Assembly (NCBI GenBank): GCA_003558085.1
Contig: PWMT01000080.1
Span: forward strand, 1-43,844
DNA length: 43,844 nucleotides
DNA from: Methanobacteriaceae archaeon
GTDB taxonomy: Archaea > Methanobacteriota > Methanobacteria > Methanobacteriales > Methanobacteriaceae
Reading direction: 5' to 3'
Of the stretch, positions 34,197 through 43,844 are shown piece by piece (position 1 is the stretch's first letter; each line of letters starts with the position of its first letter). The notes below the pieces were generated by a model. The model was given only the letters and a program-made list of their open reading frames with translations, searched no databases and was not told where the DNA came from. The translations under genes and the position numbers were made by a program.

Positions 34197-35123
34197 TCAT
34201 TGGGTAATAATCTGGCAACCTTCTTTTTCAACAATAATTGTGTGTTCACTTTGACTGACCCAACCATTACTTTTTTCAATAAGCACATTAAAAGGATAAA
34301 TAGCACGAGATTGAATTAATAATCTCATGGCTGCTTTAAGTCTTTTTTCATTAAAATCAGAAGTCAACCATCTTTGCGTAAAAGGCAGGGTTTTATAATT
34401 ACTTTTAACATGATTTAAGACTTTTTGAGCTAAGACCATACGCATGGGCCTATCTCTTAGAAATCGAAATATATAAGTAGGTGCAGAATCAGTTACCAGC
34501 CCTATTCCTTCAGTTGCAAATGGTTCTATAGCTAAAACATCGCCTTCTTCCAGTTTATAATCATTCTTCCCTTTGATATTAGGGATGGATATGCCGGAGT
34601 GTAATATCCATTGATCCATGCTATGACCAGTTAAGTTGGCTACTGGTTTAAATCCGAAACTATTAATAGTATCTTCTACTGCAGCACCAACTTTTTCTAG
34701 CTTCACTCCATCCCTTATACTACTAATAGCATTTGTCAATGCTTCCTGGGATGCTTCAACCATTTGCTCATTTTTAGCTAATTTTTCTTCTGGATATTCT
34801 TCCTTACTTAATTCCTCATAGCCTGGAACAATTACAGTAATTGCAGTATCGGCAATGTAACCATTAACTTGAGCTCCCAAATCCAGCTTTACCATATCAC
34901 CTGCTTTAATCAAAGTTTCATCATTAGGGGGGGAAGTGTAATGGGCTGTTATTTCATTTATTGATACATTACAGGGAAAGGCCGGACTTCCACCAAGTTC
35001 CTTTATTTGATTTTCTACGAAATTTATTAGATCGAGGACTGGTAATCCATTCTGGATTAATTTAATTGCATCATTTCTTACTTGAGAGATAATTGAACCT
35101 GCTTTTTCATAGTATTCTATCAT
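34197..35123 (-). CDS. map: Type II methionine aminopeptidase
   Basis: PAFPCNVS..AHYTS, KLDLG, GYIADTA, NLTGH, AIEPF and QSEHT. Confidence 0.96.
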   Translation of the reverse strand: MIEYYEKAGSIISQVRNDAIKLIQNGLPVLDLINFVENQIKELGGSPAFPCNVSINEITAHYTSPPNDETLIKAGDMVKLDLGAQVNGYIADTAITVIVPGYEELSKEEYPEEKLAKNEQMVEASQEALTNAISSIRDGVKLEKVGAAVEDTINSFGFKPVANLTGHSMDQWILHSGISIPNIKGKNDYKLEEGDVLAIEPFATEGIGLVTDSAPTYIFRFLRDRPMRMVLAQKVLNHVKSNYKTLPFTQRWLTSDFNEKRLKAAMRLLIQSRAIYPFNVLIEKSNGWVSQSEHTIIVEKEGCQIITQ

Positions 35124-35316
35124 AAATATCACAAATTTACTAACTATTAGATTTAAATTTAAAGTAAATCATTTTAATTGCTTTTAACATATAATTAGTA
35201 TAAAGATAAAATTATTATCCAGTATATTTATAAAAAATGGAATTCAATTATTTAAATAAGTTGTTATGGGAATTTTTATATATATTTTAAAATATAAAAT
35301 AAAGAGAGGGAACAAA

Positions 35317-35742
35317 ATGGTGGAGTTTATAGCAATACCCCAAAACATTTTTATATTGATTTTAGGCTTAATTGCCTTAATAGCCATAATAGTTATAGTA
35401 GTTCAGTGGAAGAATGTGCGACAAGCTCAAAATGATGTACTTATGATGGAAAAGCAAATTGAACTTAAGAAAGTCGCCATGGTAGAAAAAGATTTAGAAT
35501 CAAAAAGACTAATGGAAACTACCATACCACTCCCGAAAGATCAACAGGATAAATTATCTAAGATTCGTAAAAATACATCAGATCTTATGCATGAAGTCGG
35601 CTTCTTACACAGTGAAATTAGTGAAAGAGTAGCTCGCTTGGAGGCACAGACGGAATATAAAAAATTATATAAACTACTAAACGATATCGAAGAAAAAGAA
35701 CAAAAAATAGATCTAAATCTTAAAAAAGTTAAGGGGGATTAA
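35317..35742 (+). CDS. Hypothetical membrane-anchored coiled-coil protein
   Basis: Single N-terminal TM ([19 protein letters not shown]) followed by charged heptads; GAGAGGG RBS. Confidence 0.85.
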   Translation: MVEFIAIPQNIFILILGLIALIAIIVIVVQWKNVRQAQNDVLMMEKQIELKKVAMVEKDLESKRLMETTIPLPKDQQDKLSKIRKNTSDLMHEVGFLHSEISERVARLEAQTEYKKLYKLLNDIEEKEQKIDLNLKKVKGD

Positions 35743-35745
35743 ATA

Positions 35746-36234
35746 ATGACTCCAATAGAATTATTAGCAATATTGATATTGGCCGGTGCTATAATAGTCT
35801 TATTATACTATTATTTACAGAATCAAGGCTATTTAAGTACAGGAAAAGTCCAATCACAAGTTTATGAGTTAGGTGAGGAAGTTAGTGTAGAAAAAGAAGA
35901 TGTTTCACAGATGGGTGAAAAAATGTCTGGTGTAAGTGAAAAGGTATCAGGAGTAGGTGACAGAATAAGAGGTAAAGTGAAAGAAGTACCTATAAGTACA
36001 GATATTCTCTCTAAGAAGATCGATGCTTTTTTAGAGGAAAAAAGTGATGAATTGATCGAAGATTGGGATTTAGCTACAAAAAATGATGTTAATAAACTAG
36101 AAAAAAGAGTTGAAGTTGTCACCAGAGATATTGGAGAATTAGAAAGAAGATTCAACGAATACCGCGGATTTACTAATAAAAAACTTGATAACATAGACGA
36201 AAGATTAAAGGCTATTGAAGAAGACGAAAAATAA
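35746..36234 (+). CDS. Hypothetical membrane-anchored coiled-coil protein
   Basis: N-terminal TM (LLAILILAGAIIVLLYYYL), 7-aa repeats, LATKND motif and a C-terminal coiled coil; 3 bp after the partner gene. Confidence 0.85.
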   Translation: MTPIELLAILILAGAIIVLLYYYLQNQGYLSTGKVQSQVYELGEEVSVEKEDVSQMGEKMSGVSEKVSGVGDRIRGKVKEVPISTDILSKKIDAFLEEKSDELIEDWDLATKNDVNKLEKRVEVVTRDIGELERRFNEYRGFTNKKLDNIDERLKAIEEDEK

Positions 36235-36264
36235 CTCATTTTTTTTAATTTCTTTTTTTTAAGG

Positions 36265-36278
36265 CAAAACTTTATATA
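36265..36278 (+). promoter_or_regulatory. BRE/TATA promoter of the initiator tRNA gene
   Basis: CAAAAC-TTTATATA ending about 26 bp upstream of the tRNA 5' end. Confidence 0.65.
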
Positions 36279-36302
36279 CTTCTACTGCTAATCATATAGT
36301 TA

Positions 36303-36378
<76 letters not shown>

Positions 36379-36619
36379 TTTTTGTTAATTATCTATTAAT
36401 AACCCTCCATTTCTTTTAATATCTGTAAATTAACTATTTTTTGAATGGATTGAGCTTGGAGTAACTAAAATATGTGCTATATTCTCCTATGAGCTGCTTT
36501 TTATAAATAATAATATTCTATCTTTTGAATAAATGTAAAAATCAGCATCTAAATATCTTATTTGGAGAATTTTAGACGATTTAAACAAAAATTTATGCTC
36601 CTATCTCCCATATCATATT

Positions 36620-37288
36620 ATGAGCTCTAAAGATTCAGCTACTTTCCCCTCAAAAAGATCATCTATTAGAAAAATCCATTATGATAAAATTAGTAAATGG
36701 TACGATTTATTAGCTTTTCCTGAAAAGGAACATGTTAAACGAGGCCTAAAATATTTAAACGTAAAAAATGGGGAAAAGATTTTAGAAATAGGTTTTGGGA
36801 CTGGAGAAGCGCTTTTAATTTTAAGTAAACAGGTGGGGGATACAGGTAAAGTATACGGTATCGATATATCCTCTGAAATGACTCGTATTGCTACATCTAA
36901 TCTAAAAAAAGCAAGTCTTTTGGAGCGAACAAATTTAATGGTGGGAGATGCTCTTAAACTTCCTTTTGAAGAAGAGTTTTTTGATGCAATTTTTATGAGT
37001 TTTACTTTAGAACTTTTCCTTGATTTTGAAATATCTACGCTTCTTAAACAATGTAAAGGAATCCTTAAAGATGAGGGACGACTAGTGGTGGTTTCTTTAT
37101 CTAAAAAAGGATCAAATAAAATAATCAGAAACATATATGAATGGTTTAATCATAAATTTCCCACTTATGTAGATTGTAGACTAATTAATAGTAAAAAAAA
37201 GATAGAAGAAGCTAATTTTAAAGTTTATGAATCAGAAAAGGAGAGTATGTATGGGTTAGCTGTGGATATAGTATTAGCTATAAAATGA
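36620..37288 (+). CDS. Class I SAM-dependent methyltransferase (UbiE-like)
   Basis: ILEIGFGTG, VYGIDIS, GDALKLPF..EFFD and LKDEGRL. Confidence 0.88.
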   Translation: MSSKDSATFPSKRSSIRKIHYDKISKWYDLLAFPEKEHVKRGLKYLNVKNGEKILEIGFGTGEALLILSKQVGDTGKVYGIDISSEMTRIATSNLKKASLLERTNLMVGDALKLPFEEEFFDAIFMSFTLELFLDFEISTLLKQCKGILKDEGRLVVVSLSKKGSNKIIRNIYEWFNHKFPTYVDCRLINSKKKIEEANFKVYESEKESMYGLAVDIVLAIK

Positions 37289-37341
37289 TTAATGGTAAAA
37301 TTTATTTATTAATACATATATATCGAAATATACTAGTTTTC

Positions 37342-37651
<310 letters not shown>

Positions 37652-37983
37652 TATCTTCTTTTAGTTGCAATTGCTTAAACTTAATTTTTTTTTGGGAGAT
37701 TTATTTTTAATGTAAGCCTAAACTAAATTTGTAAAACTATAAAATCTATTTAGTTTATAAATCACTAATTTTTCCTATTATCTTTAAAATAGTATGGTTT
37801 GATTATTGATTACATTTCTCAGCCACTAGACAGTTTTAATTAAAACTAAAATCTTACTAATTAAAAATCATAAGCATATTCCAAGACATGGTAAACAAGT
37901 TGTAAATTTAGCAAAATAAGTAATTTGGCATCTAAATAAATATTGAAAAATAATTTTATGGGGATTCTATGAAAAGTAGTTAA

Positions 37984-39123
37984 TTAATTACTAATTGCAT
38001 CCTTAACCTTGTCGAAGAATCCTTTATCTTCACTGGTATGAATTTCATCTCCACTGATATCAGCAAATTCCTGTAATAATTCTTTTTGCTGAGGAGATAA
38101 TCTTCGCGGAGTAACTACTTTAACCTTTACATATAAATCGCCTTTACCACTCCATCTTAAATGTGGCATTCCCTGACCCTTCAATCTGAAAGTAGTTCCA
38201 CTTTGAGTTCCAGCAGGTATTTTAAAATCAGCTGTACTATCTAATGTGGGTATTTCTACACTATCACCTAATGCAGCCTGCACAAAACTGATTGGTTTTT
38301 CATAATACAAATTAGCTGCTTCCCTCTGGAATAATTTATGAGGCTTTACATTTATCATCACATATAAATCCCCAGGCGGACCATTCCTCATCCCCATTTC
38401 TCCCTCTCCTGGCACTCTTAACCTAGAACCAGACTCTACACCTGGAGGAACTTTAATATGGATACTACTGGTTGTTCTTACTATTCCCTGCCCATTACAA
38501 TTTTTACAAGGCTCTTCAACTACACTTCCTTCACCCTGACAAGCATTACAAGGACGTATATTAACCATTTGTCCTAAAAAAGTATTGTTAACTTGACGTA
38601 TTTGTCCAGTACCACCACATTCAGCGCATTGGTGGGTGCCAGTACCAGGTTCAGCTCGGGATCCCTCACATGCCGGGCAAGTTTTGGTATGGGGTACTCT
38701 AATATCTGTTTCAAGGCCGGTAGCAGCTTCTTCTAGACTTATATCTAAATCATAATAAACGTCTCGTCCTGGTTGCGGGCCTTGTCTTCTACCCCCACCA
38801 AATCCGAAAACATCAAAAATATTTCCCACATCAAATCCAAATCCACGGAAAATATCATCGAAGTTAATGTTGCTGAATATGTCTTCCTGGGAGAAACCAT
38901 TCATACCAGAATGGCCAAACTGATCGTAAGTATTTCGTTTATTTTCATCAGATAATACAGCATAGGCTTCACTTATTTCTTTAAATTTATCAGCAGCATC
39001 CGAATCCTTATTTACATCAGGATGATATTTCATAGCTAACTTTCGGTATGCTTTCTTTATTTCCTTTTTATCGGCTCCCTTATCTACGCCTAGAACCTCG
39101 TAATAATCACGTTTTTCTGCCAT
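37984..39123 (-). CDS. dnaJ: Chaperone DnaJ
   Basis: [13 protein letters not shown] region and four CxxCxGxG-type repeats. Confidence 0.98.
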   Translation of the reverse strand: MAEKRDYYEVLGVDKGADKKEIKKAYRKLAMKYHPDVNKDSDAADKFKEISEAYAVLSDENKRNTYDQFGHSGMNGFSQEDIFSNINFDDIFRGFGFDVGNIFDVFGFGGGRRQGPQPGRDVYYDLDISLEEAATGLETDIRVPHTKTCPACEGSRAEPGTGTHQCAECGGTGQIRQVNNTFLGQMVNIRPCNACQGEGSVVEEPCKNCNGQGIVRTTSSIHIKVPPGVESGSRLRVPGEGEMGMRNGPPGDLYVMINVKPHKLFQREAANLYYEKPISFVQAALGDSVEIPTLDSTADFKIPAGTQSGTTFRLKGQGMPHLRWSGKGDLYVKVKVVTPRRLSPQQKELLQEFADISGDEIHTSEDKGFFDKVKDAISN

Positions 39124-39318
39124 TTAATGTTCACCTAAATTAAAATTGTGGTGTGGATAATCAGTTTATAATCAAAATAATATTGAATTATTTAATGTAA
39201 TTAGCTTAAGTTAATAGTGGTATTTTAATTTATAGGAATAAATTTAATTCTTATTTTATTTCAATATTTCCAAATAAATAAAAAAATATAAAAATTAAAG
39301 GTAGTTTATACCTTTAAT

Positions 39319-41178
39319 TTATTTTTTTACTTCGTAGTCGGCATCTATAGGTTCGTCTTTCCCGGAAGAGTCCTGTTCAGATCCAGCTTCGCCTTCTTGT
39401 TGTGCTTGTTCTTGTTGTGCTTGTTGGTAAATAGTAGCACCAATTTCCTGAACGACCTTGGTTAACTCTTCAGTTTTTGATTTAATATCAGCAATATCAT
39501 CTCCTGCTACTAAATCACGTAGTTCCGCCACTAATTTTTCTACAGATTCTTTTTTATCTGCAGGTACTTTATCACCCATTTCTTCTAAAGTTTTCTCTGA
39601 AGTGTATATCATGGAATCGGCATTGTTACGGACTTCCATTTCTTCCTGTTTCTGTTTATCTTCTTCAGCATGCTTTTCTGCTTCACGAATCTTTTGGTCG
39701 ATTTCATCATCAGATAATTTGTTAGGCGCGGTTATGGTAATGGCCTGTTCTTTACCAGTTCCCATATCTTTAGCAGATACATTCAAAATACCATTGGCAT
39801 CAATATCGAAGCTAACTTCGATTTGGGGTACTCCCCGAGGAGCTGGTGGTATTCCCACTAATTGGAAACGTCCTAAAGTGGTGTTATCTGCTGCCATAGG
39901 TCTTTCCCCTTGTAAGACATGTATATCCACTGAAGTTTGATTATCAGCAGCGGTAGAAAATACTTGGCTCTTGTTAGTGGGTATGGTAGTGTTTCTTTCA
40001 ATTAGTTTAGTGAATACCCCACCTAAAGTTTCTATACCTAAAGATAATGGGGTAACATCCAATAATACTAGATCTTTTATTTCTCCAGCTAGTACTCCTC
40101 CTTGAATGGCTGCACCCATAGCTACACATTCCATGGGATCTATTCCTCTTTCTACAGGTTTACCTATGAAATCTTCTACAAATTTTTGTACCACTGGCAT
40201 TCTTGTAGGACCACCTACTAGAATGATCTTATCTACCTCATTTTTCTTAATTTTGGCATCTTCTAAAGCTTGCTTCATAGGACCTGCACATTTTTTGATG
40301 ATCGGATAGACTAGTTCTTCTAACTTAGCTCGACTTAAATTTTGAATTAAATTTTTAGGGCCGTCATCAGCTACGGTAATAAATGGAAGATTGATTTCAG
40401 TATTTAAAGTAGTTGATAATTCAATTTTGGCCTTTTCTGCAGCTTCTCTTAGTCTTTGGACTGCCTGATCATTTTCCATTAGATCTATACCGGTTTCTTT
40501 TTGGAATTCATTAGCTAGATATTTCATGATGGTGTTATCCATGTCGGTTCCACCGAGTTGTGTGTCACCACTAGTGGAGCGAACTTCAAATACTCCTCCA
40601 CCAAAGTCCATTATGGTAACATCTAGAGTACCTCCACCAAAATCAAATACTAAAATTTCTAATTCTTCTTCTTGTTCCCGGTCTATACCATAAGCTAAAC
40701 TAGCAGCAGTTGGTTCATTGACCAGTCTTACAACATCTAAGCCAGCTATGGTTCCTGCATCTTTAGTTGCAGTTCTTTGATTGTCATCAAAGTAAGCTGG
40801 TACTGTGATGACGGCTTTTTTAATTTCTTCTCCTAAGAAACTTTCTGCATCTTTTTTAATTTTTTGCAGTATAAAAGCAGAAATTTCCTGGGGAGTATAT
40901 TCTTTTCCTTTAATATTTAATTTACGATTAGTACCCATACTTCTTTTTATTGCGGTTATGGTATTTTCTGGGTTTGTTACAGCTTGACGCCTGGCTGGTT
41001 CTCCCACCAACCTTTCCCCATCATCAGTAAATGCAACATAACTGGGGAATGCTTTTCCATATTGAGATACCCCCTCGGCAGCAGGTATCATGGTTGCTTT
41101 ACCAGCAACTAATACCGAAGCTGCAGAGTTACTTGTTCCTAAATCAATACCAATAATTTTTTCCTTTTTATTTGTCAT
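39319..41178 (-). CDS. dnaK: Chaperone DnaK (Hsp70)
   Basis: [24 protein letters not shown] and [10 protein letters not shown]. Confidence 0.99.
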   Translation of the reverse strand: MTNKKEKIIGIDLGTSNSAASVLVAGKATMIPAAEGVSQYGKAFPSYVAFTDDGERLVGEPARRQAVTNPENTITAIKRSMGTNRKLNIKGKEYTPQEISAFILQKIKKDAESFLGEEIKKAVITVPAYFDDNQRTATKDAGTIAGLDVVRLVNEPTAASLAYGIDREQEEELEILVFDFGGGTLDVTIMDFGGGVFEVRSTSGDTQLGGTDMDNTIMKYLANEFQKETGIDLMENDQAVQRLREAAEKAKIELSTTLNTEINLPFITVADDGPKNLIQNLSRAKLEELVYPIIKKCAGPMKQALEDAKIKKNEVDKIILVGGPTRMPVVQKFVEDFIGKPVERGIDPMECVAMGAAIQGGVLAGEIKDLVLLDVTPLSLGIETLGGVFTKLIERNTTIPTNKSQVFSTAADNQTSVDIHVLQGERPMAADNTTLGRFQLVGIPPAPRGVPQIEVSFDIDANGILNVSAKDMGTGKEQAITITAPNKLSDDEIDQKIREAEKHAEEDKQKQEEMEVRNNADSMIYTSEKTLEEMGDKVPADKKESVEKLVAELRDLVAGDDIADIKSKTEELTKVVQEIGATIYQQAQQEQAQQEGEAGSEQDSSGKDEPIDADYEVKK

Positions 41179-41306
41179 AACTTCACCTCATACATTTAAT
41201 TCTTTATAATTGGAAAATAATCTCTTTTTATTAAAATAAATTATTATAACATATTTTTATCATATTTTGGTTAATGATCTTCAGGGATTAGAAAAATTAT
41301 CAGGAA

Positions 41307-41888
41307 TCATTTTTTTTTACATACTTTTACCATGGAATATTTAATGACCTTGTCTTTTAAGGTATATCCTTTACTTAATTCATCAATGATCATACCATTT
41401 TCATATTCATCATGGTTTTCAGCCATCATTGCTTCGTGTTTGTAAGGATCAAACTTTTCAGCTTTAACTGGTATTTCTTTTAAACCTTCTTTTTCTAGAA
41501 TCTTTTTAAGTTTATTATAAATGAGTTCTAAACCATTTTTAAAATCTTCTTGGGTTTTACAGCTTTCTAAAGCGCGTTCAAAATCCTGATAAACATCTAA
41601 TATTTTTAATATCAGATTTTCATTGGCGTATTCTATAATCTGGGCTTGTTGTTTAGCCGCATTTTTTTTATAATTTTCAAAGTCAGCTTGCATTCGTTGT
41701 AACTGAGCTAAATAATCCGATTTTTTAGCTTCTAATTCTTCAAACTCTTCTTCTTTTATTTTAAGTTCGTTTTCGGTTTCTCTAAGTTTTTCCTTCGTTT
41801 CCTGAAGAGACTTTTTTTTTTCTGTTAAAGAAGACTCTTTTTCTTTTAATTCTTTTTCAAGTTTTTTTAAATCCTTATCATCGCACAT
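41307..41888 (-). CDS. grpE: Nucleotide exchange factor GrpE
   Basis: [24 protein letters not shown] and a long N-terminal coiled coil. Confidence 0.96.
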   Translation of the reverse strand: MCDDKDLKKLEKELKEKESSLTEKKKSLQETKEKLRETENELKIKEEEFEELEAKKSDYLAQLQRMQADFENYKKNAAKQQAQIIEYANENLILKILDVYQDFERALESCKTQEDFKNGLELIYNKLKKILEKEGLKEIPVKAEKFDPYKHEAMMAENHDEYENGMIIDELSKGYTLKDKVIKYSMVKVCKKK

Positions 41889-41958
41889 CAATTCACCTTT
41901 AGAAAGTTTTGAATGAATTCAAAAGGAAATAGTAGGATTAAGATCTTCATATGATTAA

Positions 41959-42022
41959 AGTTACCATAGGTTATACTATTAACCTATATTGATTATAGTT
42001 ACAAAAGGTTATATAAACCTTT
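41959..42022. promoter_or_regulatory. Putative heat-shock-regulator operator in the divergent grpE / ArsR-regulator promoter
   Basis: Direct repeat AGTTAC(C/A)A(T/A)AGGTTATA at 41959-41975 and 41997-42013; the second copy overlaps TATA box TTATATAA at 42009-42016. Confidence 0.65.
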
Positions 42023-42039
42023 CGACCATAGTATTGTCA

Positions 42040-42540
42040 ATGAAAAAAAATTCATTTGATGACATGGATATAGGGGATATACTTGATGTAATGGGTTGCC
42101 GCACCCGTCGTGAAATTATCAACCTATTAAGAATAGAACCTAGATTTGTTAGTCAAATTTCTAAAGAATTAGAAATAGGTCAAAAAGCAATTATAGAACA
42201 TTTAAGAGCAATGGAAGATCTAGGAATTCTTAAATCATCATTTAAAAAGATTGAAAGAGGCAGGCCTCGAAAATATTATGACATGTCCCGTGATATTACT
42301 GTAAACATTATCATCAATCAAAATTTATTTGAAGTAGATATTAGTGAAGAGGCTTTGCAAAGAAAACAACTCCCATCTGGAGAAGAATGGTCAAAATTAT
42401 TAGATGTAGAACAAAGAATTAGGATGGGCCAATGGGAAGCTCTTGAGGAACTAAAAAGCCTGTTAAGATTATATACAAATCTTAAAAATAGGGCGGAAAA
42501 TATCCTTTCAGAGATCGAAGGGTATTCTGAGGAAGAATAG
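42040..42540 (+). CDS. ArsR-family wHTH regulator, archaeal heat-shock-regulator (Phr/HSR1)-like
   Basis: ILDVMGCRTRREII, PRFVSQIS, GQKAIIEHL and RGRPRKYY; divergent from grpE-dnaK-dnaJ; probably leaderless (TATA about 25 bp upstream). Confidence 0.85.
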   Translation: MKKNSFDDMDIGDILDVMGCRTRREIINLLRIEPRFVSQISKELEIGQKAIIEHLRAMEDLGILKSSFKKIERGRPRKYYDMSRDITVNIIINQNLFEVDISEEALQRKQLPSGEEWSKLLDVEQRIRMGQWEALEELKSLLRLYTNLKNRAENILSEIEGYSEEE

Positions 42541-42601
42541 TCACTTTTTTTTAGAATAAATTTTAATTCAAGCATGATTGCATTTTTTAAAGTGATATAC
42601 A

Positions 42602-43844
42602 TTATCCATATAGATTTGCAGTTATGGCTGCCTGTCCCAGAGATACCGAACCATCACCTGCACAAGAAGTCTGGTGTTGGATGAACTTGTACCCTCGACT
42701 TTCCACATAATCTTTTATAGTTAAACTTATAGCTTCATTATAGAAAACTCCTCCAGATCCTCCAATAATATTAACACCTTTCTTATCTGCAGCTTTAATT
42801 CCTAAAGCAGCCAAGCCCTGGGCTAAACTTTTTTGGGCAGCGAAGGCAATATTTTTTCGACTTTCACCCCCATGAATTCTATCCATAACTTCTTTTAATA
42901 ACAGGGAAGTATCTAGAACATCCCTACCCTTAATTCTGTTTATTTCCAAGGGTATTTGTAAGGTTTCTTCTCCCTGAAAGGCTACTGATTCAAGTTTCAT
43001 TGCACATTCCCCTTCATAGGTTCTTTCTCCACAAATACCTAGGGCCGCAGATATAGCATCCAGAACTCTACCTGTACTTGTAGTAATTCCCACATTAAAA
43101 TTTCTAGCTAATTGATGTTTTAATAATTTAATTTCTCTTTCTCCATAAGGGAAGTAATGTTTATAATGTTTCGCCATTAGTTCCTGTAATTCTAATTCTT
43201 CATAATGATCTTGAAGCATGGAAAATAACATACGGGCAGGATAACGAGTACATAGATCACCACCAGCCATATTTTGAGGCATTAAACTACCCAAACGCTC
43301 ATATGATCCATCTTTGATATATAAAATTTCTCCTCCCCAAGCAGTACCATCTGCTCCGTAACCTACCCCATCAGCAGCAATACAAATCATCTCACTTTCA
43401 CCCACATCCACTGCCAATGCCGCCCCATGGGCATGGTGATGTTGTACTGGTAAAACAGGACAAGAATATTTTTCAGATAATTTTTCTGCAAGTTGAGTGG
43501 TGAAAAATTGCGGATGCAAATCACAAGCCACCATATCCACCTCCTCAGTTTTGGTAATGGCCAGCAAGTAGTCAACTGCTTCTTGCAGATAAAGATAAGT
43601 GGCATACTTGGTGGTGTCCCCTATATGCTGGGATAGATAGCAGCGACCTTCCTTTAATAGAGAAAAAGTAACATCTATTTCAGGACCCAGAGCTAAAACT
43701 TTCAAGTCAGAGGACAAAAAAGATAAATCATAAGGTTCAGGAGCATAACCTCTAGAACGGCGAATAAATGCCATATCATCGCCTCTGAAGCGTACTACTG
43801 AATCATCACAACGGTTTACAATCTTCCGATCATGTAAAAGGCAA
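42602..43844 (-). CDS. hypF: Carbamoyltransferase HypF (partial, 5' end outside the window)
   Basis: Frame open to the window end ([14 protein letters not shown]); [44 protein letters not shown] and GDGSVSLGQ. Confidence 0.96.
   Translation of the reverse strand, partial: CLLHDRKIVNRCDDSVVRFRGDDMAFIRRSRGYAPEPYDLSFLSSDLKVLALGPEIDVTFSLLKEGRCYLSQHIGDTTKYATYLYLQEAVDYLLAITKTEEVDMVACDLHPQFFTTQLAEKLSEKYSCPVLPVQHHHAHGAALAVDVGESEMICIAADGVGYGADGTAWGGEILYIKDGSYERLGSLMPQNMAGGDLCTRYPARMLFSMLQDHYEELELQELMAKHYKHYFPYGEREIKLLKHQLARNFNVGITTSTGRVLDAISAALGICGERTYEGECAMKLESVAFQGEETLQIPLEINRIKGRDVLDTSLLLKEVMDRIHGGESRKNIAFAAQKSLAQGLAALGIKAADKKGVNIIGGSGGVFYNEAISLTIKDYVESRGYKFIQHQTSCAGDGSVSLGQAAITANLYG

Overview
AT-rich archaeal chromosome segment, very probably from a Methanobacteriales methanogen (Methanobacterium-like), judged by frhADGB, archaeal information-processing genes and GGTGA/GGAGG ribosome-binding sites. 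Most of it is conserved core. It holds an 8-oxoG glycosylase, cyclophilin, argD and lysA-dapF; the srp54-pus10-rpl21e-rpoF-DUF655-rsmA-hemK-like cluster; hpt-dph2-csl4-rpoL-DUF99-NUDIX-tfs; pcn-GINS; rpl44e-rps27e-aIF2a-nop10-PAC2; EndoQ; two tRNA-Arg genes; PepSY-PAC2; frhADGB; map; initiator tRNA-Met; RNase P RNA; grpE-dnaK-dnaJ with a divergent ArsR-type regulator; and a partial hypF. I saw no CRISPR array, transposase or integrase. The best leads are small-scale: a NUDIX gene that seems to need an ATA start, a probable second translation start in frhG, a Cys-motif/peptidase-S24-like protein behind the glycosylase, a pair of membrane-anchored coiled-coil proteins, a repeated operator between grpE and the regulator, a possible structured RNA between convergent genes, and a disrupted membrane-protein gene. 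All calls come from reading motifs by eye; no searches were run.
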